Source of the DNA: Okamejei kenojei
Lineage: Eukaryota
Length of the DNA: 64,000 bases
Reading direction: 5' to 3'
Assembly: GCA_035221665.1 (NCBI GenBank)
Contig: CM069160.1
Location: 4,712,001-4,776,000 of the forward strand
The translations under genes were made by a program, and so were the position numbers. The notes beneath the pieces are model-generated. The model ran no database searches. It saw nothing but the letters and a program-made list of their open reading frames with translations, and was not told where the DNA came from. Position 1 is the first letter of the stretch; each line of letters opens with the position of its first letter. This document shows positions 40,101 through 50,400 of the stretch, one piece after another.

Positions 40101-40673
40101 TTTTGTGTCTGTGCTGTAAACCAGCATCTGCAGTTCAATCCTACACATCTACAGTATGTTATCCACATTCTCACCCAACGAGCACAACGAGAACAATTTA
40201 CAGAGCCCAATTAACCTACAAACTTGCACATTTACACGATATAGGACAAAACTGGAGCACCTGGAGGAAATATGTGTGGTCACAGGGAGAACGTGTAAAC
40301 TTGCTCGAGGTCAGGATCTAACCTGGATCTCTGGCACAGCGAGGTATTTCTGAGAGATTTTTTTATTAACATTGATCACAATCCAAATTTATTCAAATGA
40401 ATGAACTAACTTGTTGTTTCGTTATGCCTCCGCATCCACTCGTCGACTTGCCCTTTGATGATTCCATGGAAACCATTTTCGGAAACCGTATTTGTTACCC
40501 AGTATCTCCTGTCAAATGCAGCCGCCATCCATTTCTGTCTTGGAACTGTAATGGCCATGTTTTTGTCATAATACTGTATCTCACAACCGTCCAGAACACC
40601 CACCACACTATATTCTGGTAGATGAGTACTCCCGTGGTTCAGGGTGTAGTAATAGATCAGTGTGTGTGAGGCC
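22140..40673 (-). CDS. MHC class I-like heavy-chain gene, nonclassical-looking; leader exon not securely located
   Basis: Five exons with GT-AG boundaries, joined in phase 1 from alpha1 onward: 40673-40411, 32764-32489, 27543-27277, 24234-24127, 22180-22140. Domain order is alpha1-alpha2-alpha3(C1-Ig)-TM-cytoplasmic. Confidence 0.92.
23340..23735 (+). mobile_element. Degenerate CR1 fragment (intronic)
   Basis: LVRPHMEYCV...LGLYSL...TRGLRFKV remnants in mixed frames. Confidence 0.75.
24127..24234 (-). CDS. MHC class I connecting peptide / transmembrane exon
   Basis: 108 nt, phase 1-1. EGNRKKDRH-IGLIAVCVLILLAIVLVVIVWW-RKKRR. Boundaries tttttcag / gtaaga. Confidence 0.88.
26460..26920 (-). mobile_element. 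Rex1/L2-type LINE fragment (intronic)
   Basis: ESFMFLG...LSWTDHI.K.AHRHIYFLRRL...NIYRC...SCIT in ORF 26718..26918. Confidence 0.7.
27277..27543 (-). CDS. MHC class I alpha3 (C1-set Ig) exon
   Basis: 267 nt, phase 1-1. VSPEV...LYCTVFGFYPPAINVSW...PNNDGTYH...YSCHVDHSSL...IW. Boundaries cttgtag / gtaag. Confidence 0.95.
28955..29248 (+). mobile_element. tRNA-derived SINE (HE1-like)
   Basis: ggcagcacagtggggcagcgg (A box), gttcaatcc (B box), LINE-derived 3' tail ending ctaaa. Confidence 0.75.
31580..32172 (+). mobile_element. CR1 fragment (intronic)
   Basis: [36 protein letters not shown] in ORF 31479..31883, plus the CR1 3' UTR. Confidence 0.85.
32489..32764 (-). CDS. MHC class I alpha2 exon
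   Basis: 276 nt, phase 1-1. HYVQGQFGCE...AFDGRD...KEKW...ENDCVDLW..Y with the C101-C164 pair. Boundaries ctttcag / gtgagt. Confidence 0.93.
32925..33390 (+). mobile_element. RTE-clade LINE 3' fragment
   Basis: LYGCEAWTLT...RMLR...VSWRDHITN..LY...RMRLAGH..RH...GRP followed by a (TAT/CAT)n tail. Confidence 0.8.
33511..34310 (-). mobile_element. Penelope-like element 3' part: GIY-YIG endonuclease and pseudo-LTR
   Basis: ORF 33738..34064 FTCSSPNLIYCIRC.RC.LLYI(G>D)ETKRRL.D.F.EH...VAQHFN, followed by the CTGAAGAAGGGTCTCGACCC repeat. Confidence 0.88.
34645..34900 (-). mobile_element. tRNA-derived SINE (HE1-like)
   Basis: Reverse complement of the SINE body (tcctgactacggatgctgtctgt...ctcccacactccaaagacgtacagg). 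Confidence 0.78.
36458..36820 (+). mobile_element. CR1 3' fragment
   Basis: KILKGLD.LDAGKMFPML...WNSLPQRAVEA plus the 3' UTR and tttctatg tail. Confidence 0.82.
38545..38742. repeat. Near-perfect ~200-bp palindrome made of two inverted Penelope pseudo-LTR ends
   Basis: ttgaagatggacacaaaatgctggagtaactc...cttcttcag|tctgaaagaaggg...gagttactccagcattttgtgtctatcttcaa. Confidence 0.85.
38882..39107. mobile_element. MITE with GGGCCTGTCCCACTT TIRs (PIF/Harbinger-like)
   Basis: gggcctgtcccactt ... aagtgggacaggccc. Related ends occur near 37110, 38415, 46194-46438, 56670 and 56940. Confidence 0.7.
40411..40673 (-). CDS. MHC class I alpha1 exon
   Basis: ASHTLIYYYT...LPEYSVVGVLDG..IQYYD...VPRQKWM...YW...RRHNETT, with the conserved N86 glycosylation site. 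Acceptor tgtctag, donor gttagt. Length 263 nt, so entry is in phase 2. Confidence 0.9.
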
Positions 40674-41029
40674 CTAGACACAAATAAAAGAATACAATTA
40701 TTGTCAAGCAATAGAAATTTCTATGGATAGGAAAGGTTTGGAGGGAAATCGGCAAAACACCAATTGGACTTAATTTGCACTACACATGATAGCCTTTATC
40801 CTGTATCTATATATTGTGAACGGCTTCATTGTAATGTAGTCTTTTCACTGACTGGATAGCAAACACGAAACATTTTCACGTGACATTAATAATAAATTAA
40901 ATTAAGCTAAAATATAGGTAGGTGGGTCAAGGGTAGATGGGGCATCTTGGCCGGCATAGATAAGGTGGGCTGAAGGGCCTGTTTCTATGCTGTATATGAT
41001 TTTAAATGTCAAGCTAACTTAGGTTATTT

Positions 41030-41313
41030 TAGTTTAGCTTAGACATACAGTGTGGAAACAGGCCCTTCAGCACGAGTCCACACATTAACACTATCCTACA
41101 CACGAAGGAGAATTTACATTTATACCAAGCCAATTAACCTACAAACCTGTACGTCTTTGGAGTGTGGGAGGAAAGTGAAGATCTTGGAGAAAACCCACAC
41201 TGGTCATGAGGAGAATGTACAAACTCCCTACAGACAGCACCCATAGTCAGGATCGGACCTGGGGCACTGGCACTTTAAGGCAGCAACTCTATCACAGCCC
41301 CACTGTGCCGCCC
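41030..41313 (-). mobile_element. tRNA-derived SINE (HE1-like)
   Basis: Full SINE on the minus strand from gggcggcacagtgg to the ctaaa tail. Confidence 0.78.
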
Positions 41314-42758
41314 TTACTGATCAACATTTGGAAATAATATGATATTCAGATGTTCCACCCACAAATGTAAGTCACGGCAGTTATTTGGTTCACAGGCCAC
41401 CATACATTACTCCATGTGTCGTTAAATAGTAAAATCTAGGGGTAGGTATTGGAAATATCAGGAAGATAAAAAGAGATCAGGAACCAAAAAGGTTAGCATG
41501 GACTTGATGGGTCAAAGGGCTTGTTTCTGTGCTGCACTCTCTATGCTGCACGCCCAATTAGTTGCATCACATCATATTTATGTCGTAACCTTCAGTTGAT
41601 TAGTCTAACAGGGGTTCATTCACTCGTGTGTCAGACGACATGTAGCTCGCTGTTGGCTCCTGTCATCGTCCAACACGTTGACAGAATTGGTCGCCCGAAG
41701 CGTCACAGAGTGCATCGTGTCGTCGGTTCCAGGGATCGCCACGAGGAGGCTTCTGTCATGATCCCCCACAAAAAGGGTGACGGTGGAACAGCGGTAGAGT
41801 TACTGCCTTACAGCACAAGAGACCGCCAGGTTCAATCCTGACCACGGGTGCTGTCTGTGTGGAGTTTTTACGTTCGACCTGTGGGTTTTCCCTGGGTGCT
41901 CCAGTTTCCTCCCACACTCCAAAGACGAGTTTGTAGTTTAATAGGCTTTGGTAAAGATTATAAATTGTTGCTAGTCTATAGGATATTGCTACCGTATGGG
42001 GATCGCTGTTCAGCGTGGTCTTGGTGGGCTGAAATGCCAGTTCCCATGCTGTATCTCTATATCATTTTGAGCTGCAATATACAATAAGTTGCCCACATTG
42101 GATTGCATCATGGCAGTACATCAAGAGCAGGCTCTAAAATTATCAATGTAACATTTAACTTCTGCTTTGATATGACCTCCTGGTGACTTTTGTGATAGTT
42201 CACCACATTCTCCTTTGTCAGGGAGTTCCCCCATCATCTCACTGGTGAGGCAGGCCCCACATTCACACTCCCTCAAATACCACACATTTCCTGCTCGACT
42301 AGTTATTCAACCGTTTACTCTCACAGTCTGCCCTGTGAATGTGCAGAAATTAACATCACCAAAAAAAATCAGGATTGAACAACTCATTATCAACCTTAGA
42401 CACTAAGTGCTAAAGTAACTCAGCAAGACCGCAGCATCTCTGGAGAAAAAGACTGGATGGCACTTCGTGTCAGGACCCTACTTCAGTCTCATGCAGGGTT
42501 AGTCTGAAGAAGGGCCCCAAACCCGAAGCATCAGTCTGAGGAAGGGTCCCAACCTGAAGCTTCACCCAGCATCACCCATCCTTTTCTCTACAGAGATTCT
42601 GTCTGACCCATTGAGTTACTCCAGCATTTTGTGACACACTTTGGTACAAACCAGCATCTGCAGTTCGTTATTTCTACATCATTATCTATCTCTTTGAGAA
42701 AGCATTCCCATAGAATTTGCATCCTAACAAAATAAGATCACACAAAGTTACCAATAAG

Positions 42759-43070
42759 GACGACACAGTAGCACAGCGGTAGAGTTGACAGTGTTTGCAG
42801 TGCCAGATGCCCGGTTTCAATCCTGACTATGGGTGCTGTCTGTACGGAGTTAGTACGTTCTCCCCGTGACCTGCGTGGATTTTCGCCGAGATCTTCGATT
42901 TCCTCCCACACTCCAAAGACGTGCAGGACTGTAGGTTAACTGGCTTGATGCATGTGTAAAATTGTCCCTCGTTTGCATAGAATAGTGTTAGTGTGCGGGT
43001 TAGTCGCTGGCCGGTACAGACTCGGTGGGCCGAAAGGCCTGCTTCCACGCTGTATAGCTAAACAACAAAA
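42759..43070 (+). mobile_element. tRNA-derived SINE (HE1-like); further copies near 22300, 22620, 30980, 40190, 41778, 56265 and 61245
   Basis: gacgacacagtagcacagcggtagag (A box), ggtttcaatcctgactatgggtgctgtctgtacggag, tail gggccgaaaggcctg...ctaaa. Confidence 0.8.
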
Positions 43071-45153
43071 AAAACTAAAGAACCTATTTTACATATCTCA
43101 CTTCTCTTTGGTTCAAGCAGTGACTCTCTCTGGTATAATCTGCTTGATAGTCATTTTCAGTGCTTATTCTGGCTAATAGAGATAGCAACATGAAAACCAC
43201 AGAAATAATCTTAAAATAAACTGAATCATGCAGCATATAAACAGGCCCTTTACCCAATCTTGTCTATGCTGGACCGAGATGTTTATGCCGAGCTGCATTT
43301 ACATGAATTATGCCCTTATCCCTCCCTGATGTTCCTACCAAAAGTCCAAATGTTTTATAGACATTGTGATTATGTCTGCCTCGACCATCTCCCCTGCAGC
43401 TCATTCCAGATAAACTACTGCGGGTGAGACATGTCTGACCTCAGATCTCCTTGACTGTTCTCTCTCCATCACGTGTTAAACTCCAGTTCTAGTCTCCACT
43501 GCCCTGGGAAAGAGTTACTCTCTATCCTAACTTATACCCCAAAGATGGCTAGACACAAAATGCTGGAGTAACTCAGTAGGGTAGGCAGCAAACTCTGGAG
43601 AGAAGGAATGGGATGATGTTTAGAAACGTCACTCATTCCTTCTCTCCAGTGATGCTGCCTGTCCTGCTGAGTCTTTCTCCCAGCATTTTATGTTCTGTCT
43701 TCGGTGTAAACCAGCATCTGTAGATCCTTCCTGAAGATATGTCTCAACTGATTAAAAAGGGTCTCTTGAGCCGAATGCGTCACTAATTCCTTCTCTACAG
43801 TGATGCTGCCTGTCCACTGAGTTACTCCAGCTGTTTGTGTCTTTCTTCGGTTTAAACCAGCTTCGGAATACCCTTCCGACACTACAGTATCTATTAGCCC
43901 TCATTATTTCACTCCTGCATTCCAGTGAGAATAAAATGCAGCCTATCAAATCTCTTCACATAACAACAGACCTTTATTCAGGCAAACAACCTGGCAAAAC
44001 CCTTTTGCACTATTTTTGATGGCATACATCCTTTTAGTTTAGAGATACATTGCAGAAACAGGCCCCTTCGGCCCACAGCCGACCAGTGGATCCCGCACAG
44101 TAATTAGTAGTGGAGCGGACCAGAACTATACCACAACACTCCATGTGCAGGGGGGGCCTTTTTTAAAAATAAAAAACCAAAAATTTTTCTTGGGTTTTTG
44201 TTTTGTTTGATTTTCTCAATACTCATATACTGGATGACTGAGTCTATTCTAAGTTGTTACAGGGCCCCTGGTGAGACAGCACCTGGAGTATTGTGTGCAG
44301 TCTTGGTCTTCCTCCGTTTGGAGAAGGACATCTTGCTATTGAGGGAATGCAGCAAAGTTCACAGGAAGGTTAATTCCCGCGGGATGGTAGGGACTGACAT
44401 TATGGTAAAATAATGAATCAAACTGGGCTGTATTCACTGGAATTCAGAAGGATGATGAGGGGATCTTATTAGAAAAAACTGAAACTATAAGGGATTTGAA
44501 CTGGCTAGATGCAGGAAAACTAAAGGGACATTTAGGATTGAGATGGGGGAAACTTTTCAGCCGAGTGTTGTGAATCTGTGAATTCTCTGCCACAGAAGGA
44601 GAGTGGAGGACCAATTACTTATGTATTCAAGAGAGAGTTAGTTTAGGGGTTAATGGATCAAGGGATATGGGGTGAAAAGCAGGAACGGCTGGTACTGGAT
44701 TCTGGTTGATCAGCATGACCATATTGATATGTTGGTGCCGTGGCTTGAAGGGCCCAATCGGCCTACTCCTGTGCCGTATTTTATATGTTTTTATGTCTAA
44801 GCGGAAAAGATGCAAAGTGCATTCTTTGCTTTCCTGATCTACTTGTTGGTGGTTTTCAGGTAACTATGAACTGAAAACCCAAGGACATAAACAGGCCGAT
44901 AGCACCAATTCACACATGTTGGTATTACATTCCTTCTGTATTGCTCCATGCAGCTCTCTAGATAATTGTATCCCACTGTATCCATAGCAACCTTCTTGAA
45001 CGTTTATGAATCCCTAATGTATTAGTCATCTACAACTAGTAATTCAACCCACCATAAACACCACCACACAACACACCCCATCCACCCCCCAGCTCATACT
45101 TTACCTCCCTCATTACTCACTGTCCACACGAGTGATCTGCCCCCCACTCACAT

Positions 45154-45653
45154 NNNNNNNNNNNNNNNNNNNNNNNNNNNNNNNNNNNNNNNNNNNNNNN
45201 NNNNNNNNNNNNNNNNNNNNNNNNNNNNNNNNNNNNNNNNNNNNNNNNNNNNNNNNNNNNNNNNNNNNNNNNNNNNNNNNNNNNNNNNNNNNNNNNNNNN
45301 NNNNNNNNNNNNNNNNNNNNNNNNNNNNNNNNNNNNNNNNNNNNNNNNNNNNNNNNNNNNNNNNNNNNNNNNNNNNNNNNNNNNNNNNNNNNNNNNNNNN
45401 NNNNNNNNNNNNNNNNNNNNNNNNNNNNNNNNNNNNNNNNNNNNNNNNNNNNNNNNNNNNNNNNNNNNNNNNNNNNNNNNNNNNNNNNNNNNNNNNNNNN
45501 NNNNNNNNNNNNNNNNNNNNNNNNNNNNNNNNNNNNNNNNNNNNNNNNNNNNNNNNNNNNNNNNNNNNNNNNNNNNNNNNNNNNNNNNNNNNNNNNNNNN
45601 NNNNNNNNNNNNNNNNNNNNNNNNNNNNNNNNNNNNNNNNNNNNNNNNNNNNN
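45154..45653. other. Assembly gap (exactly 500 N; true size unknown)
   Basis: Run of N. The round length suggests a scaffolding placeholder. Confidence 0.98.
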
Positions 45654-46193
45654 CCATAGATAGATAGTATTGCATCTTGCCCACCACCGAAGTCAGGCTA
45701 AACATCGGTCTGTAAATTCCCTGTTTTCTCTCTCGCTCCTTTCTTGGAGAAGTGCGATAACATTAGCTATCTCCAGTCCGCAGGAATTGATCCTGAATCT
45801 ATTGAACATTGGGCCTGAGTTAAAGAGAGAGGTTTTAGCAGTGTTAGGCTTTATTCATTAGAGCACGGAGGATGAGGGGTGATATTTTGGAGGGTTAACA
45901 TCATTGAGGGGAATTGGCTTAAATACATAGTATTTTACCCAGAACTATGGGATTCGAGAACGAGTGAACATAGGTTTAAGTGTGGGGGGAAATATTTAAT
46001 AATAGGAAATGTGAGGTTTAGAAGGATATGGGGGCAAAGCACAGGGGCTGGTTGGGACTCTTGTAGGTCGGCATTTGATCAGCATGGGCATGTTGTTGCG
46101 AAGGGCCCCGTTTCCACCCATGTTTGACTCATGATTCTCTCCCCTTCACCATGAGCATTAGGCCCTCTAGCTTTAGAAAAAATGCCGGGGTAA

Positions 46194-46438
46194 AGGGCCT
46201 GAACCACTTGGGCGTAATTTGGCGCTTCACACAGGTGGGCGCGCGAGTGATCTTGTGAATCCCAAAATCCTGGAGCGCTGCATGCAACTGCGCGTCACTG
46301 CCTACGAGGACCATGTCTCACCAGCGTGCCATGTGCGTGTAATGCATGCCATTGCGGCAGTTACGTGTTGTGCGTGTGACGCGTGAATGATGTAGCGTAA
46401 ATGACACGCAAAATAACACGCCAAGTAGGACAGGCCCT
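46194..46438. mobile_element. MITE (PIF/Harbinger-like)
   Basis: Imperfect TIRs agggcctgaaccactt / aagtaggacaggccct in a TAA/TTT context. Confidence 0.6.
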
Positions 46439-47241
46439 TTTAAAGTATCTCAAGGGGTCAGACCAAGCATCTCTGGATATGTATAGGGATATTTCGGGTC
46501 AAGCCACCCTTCTTCGACTAAATTGTAATAGGGGGAGAGAAAGCTGGAAGGGAAGTTGGTGGGAACAAAGCCTAGTAAGTGATAGGTGGATTATAGCCAA
46601 AGTGGGGGGATGGATTAATGGCAGATGGGTGGACACTGGCCAGTGATGGGAGGAAGATAAAACGCACAAAATGTGAAGCAGGAGGAATAGGAGATGTAGG
46701 TGGAGGAGACTAGAGGAAGTGGGGCAAGGAGGGCAGTGAGATGGTGCAGGTTCGTTGCGAAAAATTGGGTGAATCAGTAACTTGCTATCCTAAGTGGAAC
46801 ACGAGGTGCGGTTAACTTCGGATTGGTGTGCTGGCCTCACTGTGCGCAACTGCAAGAGCTTGCGAGGACAGAATGTCAGTGTGAGATGGAATGAGGGGCC
46901 ATTTTTTTCACTGACAGTGACCGGTTTTGCTTTCACTTGCTCTCGGTTCTACCCAGATCTGCTGCATCTCCCAGCTTGTCAGCCACTGTAACTCCACGTT
47001 CCATCGTACACTGAATCTCTGTGTCCCAGCCCACCTGCAGAGTCCTCGGTCCGGTCATTGGGTCAGGTTCTGGTGAAAGGCTGTTGGGAGTGAAGGGGGA
47101 TGGGCTGAGGCAGAGGGAGGATTGAGTAGTGGCGGGGAGGGGATTGAGAGGGTCATCTTCCTTGGGCGACGGGGTTGCTGGCAACTTCACAGGGACTGGG
47201 GGTCTTTGTTTTATTGCTTCACTCTTCCTCTGTGTTTGCAG

Positions 47242-47423
47242 GAACTTGTCGTTTGAGGTGGGGCTCCGGGGAGGTGACGGCCCTGGTGGGACCCTCGGGC
47301 GGGGGGGAAGACCACCATGCGTCAGGCCTCTGCAGCCGTTTCTATGAGCCTCAGTTGGCCACATCCTGCTGGAAAAAACGGGCGGCCATGAGGACTACGA
47401 GCACATGGTACTACCACGCTAAG
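47242..47423 (+). CDS. TAP2: TAP2 Walker A exon
   Basis: Acceptor tgtgtttgcag, donor gtcagg; gaggtgacggccctggtgggaccctcgggc = EVTALVGPSG. Confidence 0.85.
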
Positions 47424-50400
47424 GTCAGGGGCACTGAGGGTCAGGACACATGGGGGGTTACTGAGGGTCAGGTCACATGGGCAGTGAGGGGTCCGTGGGG
47501 GGTGACAATGGGCAGTGGAACGGGTTCGTCAGTGGTCAATGAGGGGTGGGTCAGGATCAGTTGAAGTGGGGGGGTGTGTGGACAGTGTCTTGTGTAACAC
47601 CTCGTGCAACAGACTCTATCTGTGTGATTACTTGTAAACACTGTGCCATCTTGTGACGTGCAGACATTCGTATCCCTGTGTGACACATTGCGCACTCAGA
47701 GAGCAAACATGTTTGAAACAAGTTTGAAACAGGTTTATTCATGGTAACCACTTTGAGATGACAGTCATCTCGTTTTCGGAGGGGGTCCAACGTAGAACAT
47801 AACAGTACAAGGACATTTATTAAATACATGGAGGGCTTCTCATTGACCCACCTACCCACACACCATCCCCAAAACCCCTCCATCCCCACTTTGTTATAGT
47901 TTATGGGACAATTGTTAATTGACTTTACATTCCATAAATAATAAGGTGTATGTGTTACAGATAATGTTGATGCATAATACCCCTATACCACCTATCATAC
48001 ATCGTACGTTAATACATACTATCAACATTATTACATGATCTATTATTCATAGTATTGTGACATTATACATTATGGGACCTTGTTACACTATGCAATTCAA
48101 TAGATACAGTGTGACGAGTACAAGTACACAGTGTATCCCCATAGATACGTGTACGCCACAGTGCACCCCCCCCCCCGTGTGATAACATGTACATAGTGTG
48201 CCCCCGTGTGATACATGTACACAGTGCCCCTGTGTAGCAAGTGTCACAATCAGTGCCACCCTATGTGTCGGGACACATGTAGTGTGCTGTGTGACACGTG
48301 TACACTCAGTGCCACCCTCATGGGACATGTGTACCCAGTGTGCCCCACATACGACCCACATCTACATTCGATGCCACGCCGTGTGTGACACGTGTATACT
48401 TTGCACCCATGTGACACGTGTACACTAGGTGCCTCCCCCAGGTGACCACACGTACAAGGCTTGCCCCTGTGTGACACGTGTACACAATGTGCCACTTGTG
48501 ACACTGCGTTAACTAGATGACCACCCCCAGTGTGACACATATACAAGGCATGCCCTGTGTAAACACGTGTACACACTGTGCCCCCTTTAGTGACATGTGT
48601 ACACTAGGTGCCACCCACAGTGTGACAATAATAAGGCAGCCCCTGTGTGTACATGTAACACTCTGCCCCCTTGTGACAAGATGCACACTCAGTGCCACCC
48701 CATGTGCCACCGTGTTCACACTCAGTGCCCACATGTTTAACGTGTAAACTCAGTGCCACCCCCATGAGCCCAGTGTACACTGTGACATTGTGGTGCAAGA
48801 TTCCCTGAGGCAGATGCTGTCGCTTCTCCACGGTGGCGCTCGTGGGTAGGAAGCCGACCACTCTTTGCCCTATCGGTGCGGGCAACATCCGCTACGGGCT
48901 GGGAGCACTGCCCGCAGGCCAGACGTCGGCAGCTGCTTGCCCAGAGTGCCAGCGCACGGGAATTCCTCGAGAGGATTGGAACAGGGTTCGGAAGCAGGTA
49001 CGTCACAGCGCTCCGGGGAGAGGGAAGCAGGGAGCACTGCTGACCGTGGCACCCTGGCAGCTGGCTTACAGGGGACCGGCTCAATGGGGCACCGCAGCTG
49101 CAGGTGGAGTCGGTAATCTAGAATCACGGGGTTGATCACTATACTGTGTGGGAGGCACATAAGGCTTAGTGATGCGAATCAACAGGGTCTGATCGCTTTA
49201 GCCCTAGTGTGCAGTTCACCAGGATTGATCACTGTACTAGTGTGGATCACCAGGGTGTGATTACTACAGTCCTAGTGTGCAGTTCACCAGCGCATTTGAT
49301 TGCTATAGTCCTAGTGTGCAGTTCACCCAGGGTCGCGTGTTCACTATACTGTGTGGGAATCACCAAGGGGTGTGATCGCTATAGTCTAGTGTGGGAATCA
49401 CCAGCGTGGTGTTTGTGATCACTGTGGCCCCAGTGTGGACATCACCAGGTGACCTGGTGATCAAGGGGGACGGGGCAGTCTATGCTGTGACGACAGTGAC
49501 ATGGTTTGCGCCGGTCGTGGTGACCTCGAGAGTCTGTGGCACGCAACTGTCCACGGACACGCTCTTTTTCTTGTCCTTCTTATAATAAGGGACTTGACTC
49601 CAAGTATTTTCTGATGTACCAGAAGTTACAAAGGGGACTTTCCATATAGTCGGAATTGCATCAGGCAATCATTATAGTACCAATAGTACCATTCTTTATC
49701 TACAATCCATCTTCAAACCCCACGCAGTGACCAGCATCATGGATATTCGTACAGGGGCTGCAACTCCTCACACTCACATTTTCCCATAAACACGGCCTCT
49801 TCTTCGCCACAGAAGTTACAGGCAGCTGGCGATAGTCCCTCAACTGAATCAAATTTATAGTACACACCACAGCCCGTGCACCACTCTCCACCCCGTGGTC
49901 CCGATTGTAAAGGGGAAGGACACCCTTATCCACTTATAGATTAGACCTCCACTGGGGACCACGCACTGTTGTGTGTGTGTAGTGTGTGGTGACCACACTC
50001 TGTCCGTGTGTGGACACTTGCTCGCGTTTGTTGTAACGGGCGTCCTCTCCGTGAGCAGATTTGGGCGAGGCCCGGCGGGCTGATCTCGGCGGGACAGAAG
50101 CAGCGGGATCGCCATCGCCCGCGCCCTGGTCCGGCAGCGCGGATTCTGGTTCCTGGACGAGGCCCACCAGCTCCTTGGACACACACACTGAGTTATCGGT
50201 GAGCAGCTGCCGCCTGCCCACAGCGCGCTGCTCAGTCACCGCGTGCATGTCAATGTGGGCTGAGCTCTGGGAACGCTTACTGTCAGCTCAGTCACACTGT
50301 TGTCTCATCTACTTTCCCCTACTCACCCTCACCCATCCTCTACATTCCCCCCACCCACCTGTGCCCCTCTCCCAGTCATCTCTGCCCAACCCCATATATC

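Noticed and set aside
45132-45705. 175-aa and 185-aa ORFs
   Set aside because: Artefacts of translating the N gap.
48080-49455. Regularly spaced repeats that could be mistaken for a CRISPR array
   Set aside because: Degenerate tandem units with no unique spacers, inside vertebrate introns.
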